NCBI GenBank assembly: GCA_034421435.1
Contig: DAOUKJ010000037.1
Location: 1 to 60,438 of the forward strand
Source of the DNA: Dehalococcoidia bacterium
GTDB lineage: Bacteria; Chloroflexota; Dehalococcoidia; Lucifugimonadales; UBA2985
DNA: 60,438 bases
Direction: 5' to 3'
The translations under genes and the position numbers were made by a program. How positions within the stretch are numbered: the first letter of the stretch is position 1; each line of letters begins with the position of its first letter. Below the pieces are notes generated by a model, which made no database searches, had not been told where the DNA came from, and was given only the letters and a program-made list of their open reading frames with translations. Shown piece by piece: positions 36,160 through 44,428 of the stretch.

Positions 36160-36279
36160 TCAAGTTCTCCTTTGCACCAGCGGCTTGGTGCGCCGCCGCA
36201 AGAGGAGAGTAGCACCAGGCCGATTCCGGGGCAAGGCAGGCCGATACCAGTGGAGGGCGAGTGGACGGACAGCCGCAGG

Positions 36280-36308
36280 TTGACGGAAGAAGACGTCAAA
36301 CTTATGCT
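36280..36308 (+). promoter_or_regulatory. Promoter with overlapping palindromic operator
   Basis: TTGACG-N17-TATGCT. The same -35 is the left arm of TTGACG-N8-CGTCAA. Confidence 0.6.
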
Positions 36309-36338
36309 GTGCGCACTCTACACGGAAAGGACCCAACC

Positions 36339-36761
36339 ATGAGTCTTGCCACATATCTCCACTTCGGCGGCAACTGCCGCGAGGCGTTCGAGTTTTACCG
36401 CTCCGTGTTTGGCGGAGAGTTCGGGGTCTTTCAGACCATGGGCGACGGCCCCGGCGATATGCCGATTCCTGAGTCCGAGAAAGACCTGGTGATGCACGTG
36501 CAGCTGCCCATAGGCAGCAGTGTCCTGATGGGCAGTGACGTGCCCTCGATGTTCGGGCCGCCTCCGGTGGTCGGCAACAACTTCTCCATCTCCTATGCCC
36601 CGGAGAGCCGGGAGCAGTTGGACGCCCTGCTCGCCAAGCTGTCGGACGGCGGAAGCGTACAAATGGAAGCGCAGGACATGTTCTGGGGCGCTTACTTCGC
36701 TTCCTGCAAGGACAGGTTCGGCATTGGGTGGATGCTGAATTTCGAGACCTCGGGGCATTAG
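36339..36761 (+). CDS. VOC-family protein (PhnB/YjdN-like)
   Basis: Motifs YLHFGGNCREAFEFYRSVFGG, VMHVQL and MFWGAYF...DRFGIGW. Confidence 0.88.
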   Translation: MSLATYLHFGGNCREAFEFYRSVFGGEFGVFQTMGDGPGDMPIPESEKDLVMHVQLPIGSSVLMGSDVPSMFGPPPVVGNNFSISYAPESREQLDALLAKLSDGGSVQMEAQDMFWGAYFASCKDRFGIGWMLNFETSGH

Positions 36762-36797
36762 GCCCGGTGGGCAGCACGGGAACGACTTGCGAAGGTG

Positions 36798-36840
36798 CGG
36801 CCCGCTCAAATGGTTCGACAGGCTCACCATGAGCGGGCCG
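36798..36840. repeat. REP-like palindrome, identical to 48519-48561
   Basis: CGGCCCGCTCAAATGGTTCGACAGGCTCACCATGAGCGGGCCG, 43/43 identical to the second copy. Confidence 0.9.
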
Positions 36841-36905
36841 AGTCCCCACCCGCGCGATCCGTCACACCACAACCTCGCGCCGCGTCGCGCATGGGAATCG
36901 CGCGC

Positions 36906-38174
36906 CTAGAGCTTCCTGAGGCGCGGGAACAGGAACAGCGCGCCCACGCCCAGCGCCAGCAAACCGGCTCCGTGGATGGTCAGCGCCGCTCCAACGGTCA
37001 GCCAGGAGGCCAGCGCTCCAATCTGAAGGCTGCCCAGCGGCCCCATGCCCACGGCCAGCACCCACGACCCCATCGCTCGCCCTCGCAGCGCGTCCGGCAC
37101 CACCGTCTGTATCAGGCTCTGCGAGAGTATGTCCGATAGCGCGCCCATGCCGTTGATGGCCATCACCACCACCAGCGCAATGACGAACGTGTCCGCGGCC
37201 GCCAGGAGCAGCATCGTTACGCCGAAGACGTACACGGCTCCTAGGTACAGGGCACCCTGCCGCCTGACCTGGCCCATCGACGAAAGCGCCAGTATGGCCG
37301 CGATTCCGCCCACGGCGCGCAGAGCCATCATGAGGCCCAACCCCTCCTCGCCCACGTTCAGCACGTCCCTGGCGATGACCGGAAGCAGCGCCTGGTGGGA
37401 GAACCCCAGAATCTCCACCGCGGCGGACAGGATGAGCATCCAGCGGAAGTCCGGATTGCGCACGAACTCCACGCCCAGCTCTCGCAGGTTCCGCACAAGG
37501 GGTGTTCGCGCCTCCGCGGCGTGCCGGCTGCCGGCTCGTATGAGCTGTATGCTGAGCGCCGACCCGACGTAGCTGAACGCCAGGACACCATACGCAGCGT
37601 CGGCGCCGACCTGACCCATCAGGAATCCCGCTAGGAGCGAGCCTCCTATGCCACCCAGCCTCATGCTCAGCGACACGTACGACAGCCCGTTGACCAGGTT
37701 GTTTGGCCCCACGATGTCGTAGACGAAGCTCTGCCTGGCCGGCTGGTGCATGGCCCGCAGGCATCCTCCCGCAAACGTGATGGTCAGCAGAAGCCACAGC
37801 GTCATCACGTCCAGCATGATGAGGAGGGCCGCGCCTCCGCTCATGACGGCCATGCTCAGGCTGACGGTGCGCAGGAGACCCTTCCGGTCCACGCGGTCGG
37901 CCACTGCCCCTGCAACTGCGCCCAGGAGCAGGAATGGCGCCATCCTCAACGCGAGAGAGGCGCCGACCATGAATGGGGAGTCGGTCAGCTCCAGCACAAG
38001 CCAGCCCAGAATCACCTGCTCGCCGATGAAGCCCGTGGAGTTGAACAGGCCGGAAATCCAGAGCAGCCGGAAGTCGTGGAAGCGCAGCGCCGGCGCCGCC
38101 AGCAGATTCCGCAGCAACGAGCCGGGCCCGGAGGCTAGGCCTTCCTCCTGCAAGTCGCCCCTCCATTTCGGCAT
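36906..38174 (-). CDS. MFS transporter (EntS/DHA3-like)
   Basis: 12-TM pattern with GAVADRVDRK and PDALRGRAMG. Confidence 0.9.
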   Translation of the reverse strand: MPKWRGDLQEEGLASGPGSLLRNLLAAPALRFHDFRLLWISGLFNSTGFIGEQVILGWLVLELTDSPFMVGASLALRMAPFLLLGAVAGAVADRVDRKGLLRTVSLSMAVMSGGAALLIMLDVMTLWLLLTITFAGGCLRAMHQPARQSFVYDIVGPNNLVNGLSYVSLSMRLGGIGGSLLAGFLMGQVGADAAYGVLAFSYVGSALSIQLIRAGSRHAAEARTPLVRNLRELGVEFVRNPDFRWMLILSAAVEILGFSHQALLPVIARDVLNVGEEGLGLMMALRAVGGIAAILALSSMGQVRRQGALYLGAVYVFGVTMLLLAAADTFVIALVVVMAINGMGALSDILSQSLIQTVVPDALRGRAMGSWVLAVGMGPLGSLQIGALASWLTVGAALTIHGAGLLALGVGALFLFPRLRKL

Positions 38175-38284
38175 GCGCCCGGGTGTCTACGATTCGACCA
38201 AAGTCGCAGGTGAAGGGCGCGCCGCTTGGCAAGCATTGTAGACCAAGCTGAGCACGGGTCAAGGAGTCAGCGAAGGAGATTGAA

Positions 38285-39658
38285 TCAGTCGACGCGGCGC
38301 AGGCTGGGAAGCAGCGCGCCAACCAGGACGGCCCCGAAGGCGCACAACCCGCCATAGAGCGCCAGAGCGAGCGGACCGCCTATAGCGGCAATCGCGAGTC
38401 CGCCGGCGCCACTGCCCAGCGTGCTGAAGCCCCGGTCAAGTGTCATCAGGCTGAACACACGGCCCCTCAGTTCGTTGGGCGTGACCTCCATCAGCACCGC
38501 CGTCCTGACGGTCATCATGGCCGTCTGGCCCAGACCGACGATGATGATCATAACGGCCGGCAGGATGGGCACGGCAAGCCCAAGGATGGCGACCAGCGGC
38601 AGCATGGACGACAGACCAAGGCCGCTGAGCGCGAGGCCGTATGTGGCGAGCCCTCCAATTATAATCAAGCCTCTGTGTCGCAGCTTTGAGCCGAACGTAG
38701 CCAGGGAGAGAGCGCCCACCAGCGAGCCAATTCCCGATATGCCCAGCAGCACCCCAACCCCCTCAGGGCCGAGGTCCATGACCTCCAACGCCAGCCACGG
38801 CACGAACACCTGCAGATACGGCATCCCGAACAGCGACTGCACGGCGAACAGGACGAGCAGCCCCAGGATTACGGGGTTGCCACCTGCAAACCTGAAACCG
38901 TTGACCAGCCCCTCCAGCCAGTTGTCGCGCGTGCGCTCCACGCGCCCCTCCATCGGCACCTTCATCAGGTAAGTGGAGACCACCGCAACCACGTACGCCC
39001 CGGCGGTGACCAGGTAAACGCCCCCGAAGTTCCGGGCGTCGTCATCATCGAACCCGAATGCCTGAGCCCAAAAGGCGATGAAGAAACCGGCTACGGAAGC
39101 GCTCAGGATTCGCACGATCTGCATGCTGCCGGTGTTCAGCGCAATGCCGTTGAGGAGCAGCTTGGGCGGCACCAGGCTGGGCAGGAGCGCCTGCCGCGCC
39201 GGGCCGTCGAAGGCCATGAGCAGGCTGCGCAGAATTGCCGTGGCGTAAATGTGCCACAGCTCAACGTTGCCCGTGATGATGATGGCGGCAAAGGTGACGT
39301 TGACGGCCATGCTCATGCTCTTGGAGAAGAGCATCACGACTCGCCGGTCGACCCTGTCGGATACCAGGCCGCCGAATGGCCCCAGGAACATCATCGGGAC
39401 GCCGCGTACCAGCGCAATAAGCCCAAGCTGCACAGGCGAGCCGGTAATTGCCACAACCAGCACCGGCCTTGCCACCAGGTCCATCCACATGGCCAGGGAG
39501 TTGCTTATCTGGCCGATGAACAGCAGCAGGTAGTTGGGATAGGCCAGGGCGTGAAACGTGGGTGGTAGCCAGCGAGGCGGCTCCTTCCAGGCGACCTCCG
39601 GGGCCGCCTCGGCCGCAGCCGCCAGCCTCTCGAACCGTCTCTGGACGTTGGGGTCCAT
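38285..39658 (-). CDS. MFS transporter (EntS/DHA3-like)
   Basis: Motifs GLVSDRVDRR, GPARQALLPSLV and PNELRGRV. Confidence 0.9.
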   Translation of the reverse strand: MDPNVQRRFERLAAAAEAAPEVAWKEPPRWLPPTFHALAYPNYLLLFIGQISNSLAMWMDLVARPVLVVAITGSPVQLGLIALVRGVPMMFLGPFGGLVSDRVDRRVVMLFSKSMSMAVNVTFAAIIITGNVELWHIYATAILRSLLMAFDGPARQALLPSLVPPKLLLNGIALNTGSMQIVRILSASVAGFFIAFWAQAFGFDDDDARNFGGVYLVTAGAYVVAVVSTYLMKVPMEGRVERTRDNWLEGLVNGFRFAGGNPVILGLLVLFAVQSLFGMPYLQVFVPWLALEVMDLGPEGVGVLLGISGIGSLVGALSLATFGSKLRHRGLIIIGGLATYGLALSGLGLSSMLPLVAILGLAVPILPAVMIIIVGLGQTAMMTVRTAVLMEVTPNELRGRVFSLMTLDRGFSTLGSGAGGLAIAAIGGPLALALYGGLCAFGAVLVGALLPSLRRVD

Positions 39659-39693
39659 CCGCTACCCCCTCCTGTCCAATGGCCTTGGGTGGG

Positions 39694-41148
39694 CTAGTCG
39701 ATCCGTCTCAGTGGAGGATAGGCGGTGAACATGACCACTGCCGTGAATACCAGCCCCGCTCCGTAGATTATCTGGGCAATCTGCACGCCCATGGCCTCGG
39801 CCAGGGCGGCTGCGCCGAAGCCCCCGCCCATCGACACCGCCCTGTCAAGCGCCAGCACACCGAGCACACGGCCGCGCATGGTCTCGTCCGCCTTCTCGAC
39901 GAGAACCGCGTTGATTAACGGGAAGAAGCCTGCCTGTCCGAGACCCAGGAAGAGCACCACCACCAACGCCAGAGGGACTGACTGCGCATATGTGGAGGCG
40001 GAGAATCCGATGAGGAGCCAGCCGAATGCGAACAGCAGCACAATCATGATCAGCCCGCGGAAGCGCGCCGGGTTGGTCCAAGCCAAAATGAGCGCGCCTA
40101 TAGTGCTGCCGACGGCCGCCACGGACAGCATAGCGCCCAGTAGCTTCGCTCCCTTCACAGGTTTGGGTTTGTCACTGTCGGCGTCCGCTTCTGCCTCGGC
40201 GGGGACAACTTCAGTGCCGGTGTTGTCTCCAGCACCCGCGCCGCCCTCCGTGCCATCGACGGCGCCGGGAGGGTCTGCCAGCCAGGTCACCAAGCGGTTC
40301 ACGCCCGTGCCGTCCCGGTCCACGGATAGGACATCGTACGCGATGAGAGGCGCAAAGACCTGCATGAACACCATGCCGAACATGAACCACCCAAGGGAGA
40401 TGATCAGGATGCCCCGGATATCCGTGACTCTCCAGGCATACTTGAAGCCATCCAGGAAGTCGCCGCCCATCCTCCTCATGCCCTGATAGCCGGATCGCCG
40501 GTGGTCGGCGGGCCTCAGCATCCAGGTGAAGAGTATGGCCAGCAGGTATATGGCCGTCATGATGGCGTAGGTCACGCCGAATCCGGTGGCGGCCACCAGG
40601 ATACCCGCCATTGCCGCACCGCAGATTCGCATTGCGGTCATGCTTCCCGTGCTCAGCGCCATGGCGTTTGTGACCAGGTTGTGAGGCACGATGGTGGGAA
40701 TCATGGCACGGCGCGCCGGCTGGTCGAAAGCCATCGTCATGCCTCGCAGCGCGTTGTAGGCGAAGATGTGCCACATCTCCGCAATGCCCAGGAGTATGAT
40801 CGCTGTGAACCCCACGCTCAGGATGAAGACGCCAATCTTGGTGGCCAGGAGAACGGTGCGCCGGTTGAAGTTGTCCGCGATGACGCCGGCCACCGTCCCG
40901 AAGACAACCGCAGGCAGTGTGCGCGTCAGCAGGATGAGGCCAAGCTCAAGTGGCCCACCGCCCAGGTGCAGGATGAACAGGGGCTTGGCTATCTGGTCAA
41001 TCCACAGGGCGAAGGCGTGGGTTATCTGACCCAGCCAGAGGAAGGTGAAGTCGCGATATTTCAGGGATGCGAATGTGGCGGCGAAGACGCCTCCGCGAAC
41101 GGCCGCTGCATCGGTGCTCTGGAGGCCGCCTCCTCCACCCAGCTCCAT
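39694..41148 (-). CDS. MFS transporter (EntS/DHA3-like) with a loop insertion
   Basis: Motifs GVIADNFNRR, QPARRAMIP and DETMRGRV. ATG 41148 chosen as start. Confidence 0.9.
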   Translation of the reverse strand: MELGGGGGLQSTDAAAVRGGVFAATFASLKYRDFTFLWLGQITHAFALWIDQIAKPLFILHLGGGPLELGLILLTRTLPAVVFGTVAGVIADNFNRRTVLLATKIGVFILSVGFTAIILLGIAEMWHIFAYNALRGMTMAFDQPARRAMIPTIVPHNLVTNAMALSTGSMTAMRICGAAMAGILVAATGFGVTYAIMTAIYLLAILFTWMLRPADHRRSGYQGMRRMGGDFLDGFKYAWRVTDIRGILIISLGWFMFGMVFMQVFAPLIAYDVLSVDRDGTGVNRLVTWLADPPGAVDGTEGGAGAGDNTGTEVVPAEAEADADSDKPKPVKGAKLLGAMLSVAAVGSTIGALILAWTNPARFRGLIMIVLLFAFGWLLIGFSASTYAQSVPLALVVVLFLGLGQAGFFPLINAVLVEKADETMRGRVLGVLALDRAVSMGGGFGAAALAEAMGVQIAQIIYGAGLVFTAVVMFTAYPPLRRID

Positions 41149-41215
41149 GTCGCCGCCTCTGAATCTTCTCTGCAATCTCGGCCGCCTGTTCCGTTCTATT
41201 CCTTGAACGCTCGGC

Positions 41216-42700
41216 CTAGTCCAGCTTCCTGATGCTGGGCATGAACACCAAGGCATAAGCGCAGCAAGCTATCAGCAGAATGGCCATGCCGCCCACCGCC
41301 CATTGCACGCCGATCATGTCTGTCATTATGCCCGCGAAGACCACTCCGAAGCTCGTAAGGCCGAACTCCATCATCATCAGGCTCATCACTCGGCCGCGGT
41401 ACTCGTCCTGCACGTAGTACTGGAGGAGCGTGTTGCCCAGCGTCATCCTGGCCGTCTGGCCTATGCCCACGAAGAAGATGAACCCAAACGCAAGGGCCAC
41501 TGCATAGCTCGGCACCCAGCTGGCTGAGAAAAACATCCCCACAAGCGCGACGCCAAGCACCAGGCTGCCGGCAAGCAGCATGAAGCCGCGCTTCTTGTTG
41601 GGAAGAGAAGCCAGCACAATCGAGCCAAGCATGGCTCCGATGCCGGACACCATCAGCAGGAAGCCGTAGCCCCGCTCATCCATGCCCAGGACGTCATCCG
41701 TGAGCGCCGGCAGCAGCATCATGTATGGCATGGACAGCAGTGTCACAAAGAATATGACTACCAGCACCATGAGAATCGTCCTGTCGCCCCTGACGTATCT
41801 CAACCCGTCAACCACGTCCCGAATTGCCCCGCGGCCACGTAGCGACACGACACCGGTCCTGGGCATCATGGCGATGAATATCACGGCCACGATGTACATG
41901 GCCGTCATGACGAAGTAGACGGCGTCATATCCCATGAAGTAAATGATGAACCCCACCGGTACCGGTGCCAGCAGCCGCATGGCGTTCATGCCGAACGTAT
42001 TGAGCGCCACGGCGTTCATCAGCTCTTCCTGACCAACTATGTCCGCAATCATCGCCTGGCGGGACGGCATCATCAGACCCATGACGGTGCCCTGCAAGAG
42101 AGCGGCCACAACCAGGAGGAGCCAGGAGCCGGACCGCTCCTCGGTCATCAGGCCGGTCATAAGCATGATTGCGACCATAAGGGAGACGGCTGCCGAGGCC
42201 GCTTGCCCCAGCAGCAGGACATACTTCTTCTCCACCCGGTCTGCTATAACGCCGCCGAAGAGCGAGAAGAACAGCATGGGCGCGGCGTTGCCCAGGGCCA
42301 TGATGCTGAGGGCAAAGCCGGATCCGGTGAGCTCGTAGACCAGCAGGGCACGCGCCACCATCTGCATGTTCATGGCGGCCATCTGGCCGATCACCGCGCC
42401 GTAGAATAGGCGGAACGCGGGATACTTGAAGGAGGTGAATGTCCTTAGGTTGCGTAGCGACATCTGGCCGCCGCCCCTGTAGCCGCCCATACCACCCTGG
42501 GCATACGTTGTAGGGCGCGCGCCTCCGTCGTGACCGTTGCCCGATTCGGCGGTCGCGGGAGCCTCAGGAGGCTCCTGCGTCCTCACTGACGCAGCACCAA
42601 TCGCCTCGCGAGCGCGGCTCGTATCCAGCGACTCTTGTGCGCGGCCGCTGTCGTTGCCGTCGGTCGGCGCGGCTCTGTCGTCTCGGGTTGGCGGCTGCAT
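41216..42700 (-). CDS. MFS transporter (EntS/DHA3-like) with long N-terminal tail
   Basis: Motifs GVIADRVEKK, PSRQAMIADIV and DEYRGRV. Confidence 0.9.
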   Translation of the reverse strand: MQPPTRDDRAAPTDGNDSGRAQESLDTSRAREAIGAASVRTQEPPEAPATAESGNGHDGGARPTTYAQGGMGGYRGGGQMSLRNLRTFTSFKYPAFRLFYGAVIGQMAAMNMQMVARALLVYELTGSGFALSIMALGNAAPMLFFSLFGGVIADRVEKKYVLLLGQAASAAVSLMVAIMLMTGLMTEERSGSWLLLVVAALLQGTVMGLMMPSRQAMIADIVGQEELMNAVALNTFGMNAMRLLAPVPVGFIIYFMGYDAVYFVMTAMYIVAVIFIAMMPRTGVVSLRGRGAIRDVVDGLRYVRGDRTILMVLVVIFFVTLLSMPYMMLLPALTDDVLGMDERGYGFLLMVSGIGAMLGSIVLASLPNKKRGFMLLAGSLVLGVALVGMFFSASWVPSYAVALAFGFIFFVGIGQTARMTLGNTLLQYYVQDEYRGRVMSLMMMEFGLTSFGVVFAGIMTDMIGVQWAVGGMAILLIACCAYALVFMPSIRKLD

Positions 42701-42794
42701 CAAGCGTTCCTCACAACTTCAAATGATGGTACACACCAAACCCTCCGGAGCCCTGCGGGGGAGTAAACTGCTCCGGAGTGTGTGGCTGCGCAGC

Positions 42795-43292
42795 TTAGCT
42801 CCTAAGTGCTCCCTCGGGTATGGGGGCGTACTCGTGGGCCGTCCTGCGCACAGCCCTGAGCAAGGGCTCCATGGCCCTGCATACCTCTTCGAGCTCTTCA
42901 ATCGTCAAGGGCGACAGCCGCTCCTCCCAGCGGGAGCGCCGGGCGGCCAGAAGGCGCCTCGAGAGCTCGTGGCCCTGCTCCGTGAGGGCGCACAGCACCG
43001 AACGCCGGTCTTCCGGGTCCGGCCAGCGGTTCACCAAGTTCTTCTCGACCAGATGGTCCACCAGGCCCGTGGCCCTGGACATGGACACATCCAGCGTCGA
43101 CGCCAGCTCGTTCATGCGCAGGGATCCCTCCTGCAGCAACCTGAACACCACCCTCACCTGGGGCATGCTCAGGTCCAGCGTGAACCACTCCGGGGACACG
43201 GAGTATGGGCCGGAATGCGCCACCTCGTCAAGGGCGTCAATCACCCTAACCATCAACTCCTGCCTGGACTCGGACTCTCCATCCAATGACAT
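42795..43292 (-). CDS. MarR-family transcriptional regulator
   Basis: LSMPQVRVVFRL...ELASTLDVSMSRATGLVDHLVEKNLVNR...DRRSV...LTEQG. Confidence 0.9.
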   Translation of the reverse strand: MSLDGESESRQELMVRVIDALDEVAHSGPYSVSPEWFTLDLSMPQVRVVFRLLQEGSLRMNELASTLDVSMSRATGLVDHLVEKNLVNRWPDPEDRRSVLCALTEQGHELSRRLLAARRSRWEERLSPLTIEELEEVCRAMEPLLRAVRRTAHEYAPIPEGALRS

Positions 43293-43336
43293 TTCACCCC
43301 ACCACAAGATTTCTGAGGTTTGGGATATTTCACCCA

Positions 43337-43383
43337 GCGTGAACATTTTAAATCCGTAGTTCAGGTTGTCAATACGTTCACGC
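43337..43383 (-). promoter_or_regulatory. marR-MFS promoter framed by an inverted repeat
   Basis: Minus-strand TTGACA (43372-67)-N16-TAAAAT (43350-45), bracketed by GCGTGAAC/GTTCACGC. Confidence 0.7.
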
Positions 43384-43665
43384 CGGATTTTCGCGAAATG
43401 TAAGGATTGGGGCGGTATAACGACGATACCTAACCTTAGATGCACTCCCGAACGGTACGATGCATAGAGAACTGACCCGAATATTAACGGGGAGTTACAT
43501 GTTTGGCCGACGTGCATCACCACTCGCCCTCATCCGGTGTCGGATGGCGCGATTCCTGGAACACGGGCGGCCATGTGACGGGCCTTCGCACTTGGGGTAT
43601 CATGATGCTCCGGCGGCGGCTCTCCAGTTCGGCGAATCGATACACCCCCCCGGAAGGAGGCCTCA

Positions 43666-44163
43666 TTGACACCACAAGACGAGGTACTCAGCGAGATCGA
43701 GCAGTGGGCGCAGGGCGACCCGCTCAGGGAGTGGTACGCTCGCGAGGTCTGGGGCAAGCCCACGGAAGACGACGACTCGCTCTTCGAGGTCATGAGCCTG
43801 CAGGTCTTCCAAGCCGGGCTAAGCTGGCACCTCATCCTCACCAAGCGCGACGCCTTCCGCAACGCGTTCCACGGCTGGCGCATCGACGAGGTGGCCGCTA
43901 TGGAGCCGCCGGACGTCGAACGCCTGCTGCTTGATGCTGCCATAGTCCGCAACCGCAAGAAGATCGAGGCCTGCATCTCGAACGCAAGAGTCGTGCAGGA
44001 GCTCCAGCAGGAACACGGCGGGTTCTGCAACTGGTTCTACCGCGTTCTGCCCGGCAATGACCTCGCGGCCCTCCAGCGGGAGCTGCGCGGCCGGTTCAAG
44101 TTCATTGGACCGGAGATCGCGCGCATGTGGCTGATGGCCTCCGGCCGCATCCCGGACAGCTGA
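43666..44163 (+). CDS. tag: DNA-3-methyladenine glycosylase I homolog (divergent)
   Basis: Motifs LFE...QAGLSW, IVRNRKKIEA and FKFIGP. AGGAGG precedes the TTG start. Confidence 0.8.
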   Translation: MTPQDEVLSEIEQWAQGDPLREWYAREVWGKPTEDDDSLFEVMSLQVFQAGLSWHLILTKRDAFRNAFHGWRIDEVAAMEPPDVERLLLDAAIVRNRKKIEACISNARVVQELQQEHGGFCNWFYRVLPGNDLAALQRELRGRFKFIGPEIARMWLMASGRIPDS

Positions 44164-44223
44164 TTGGCTGGGAGTGCGCAGCCTGCCCGGTGTGGCTGCA
44201 AGCGCCGAACCCGAACGCTTAGT

Positions 44224-44303
44224 CCCCATCCCAACCTTCCCCCACGGAGGGGGGAAGGGGCTTTTCTCTCCCCCTTGATGGAAGAGAGTCAGAGAGGGGG
44301 TGA
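44224..44303. repeat. Inverted pair of CCCC/GGGG-type REP-like elements
   Basis: CCCCATCCCAACCTTCCCCCACGGAGGGGGGAAGGGG followed by an inverted relative ending GAGAGGGGGTGA. Confidence 0.75.
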
Positions 44304-44345
44304 GCCCATCTCAGGTTGCGCAAGGCTCCCTGAGAAATCAGCATG

Positions 44346-44372
44346 TTGACACGCCCACATTTGTGGTAAACT
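44346..44372 (+). promoter_or_regulatory. Promoter with spacer palindrome
   Basis: TTGACA-N15-TAAACT with a TG extension; CCACA-tt-TGTGG lies in the spacer. Confidence 0.55.
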
Positions 44373-44428
44373 ATTGCACGAACTGAGGCACAAACCCTCT
44401 ATTCCCACGACATTTCGCAGGAGGTAGC

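Noticed and set aside
36160-36849. ORFs that read through REP elements (e.g. AHGEPVEP peptides here and at 48288-48796)
   Set aside because: These are translations of intergenic palindromes or antisense shadows, not genes.
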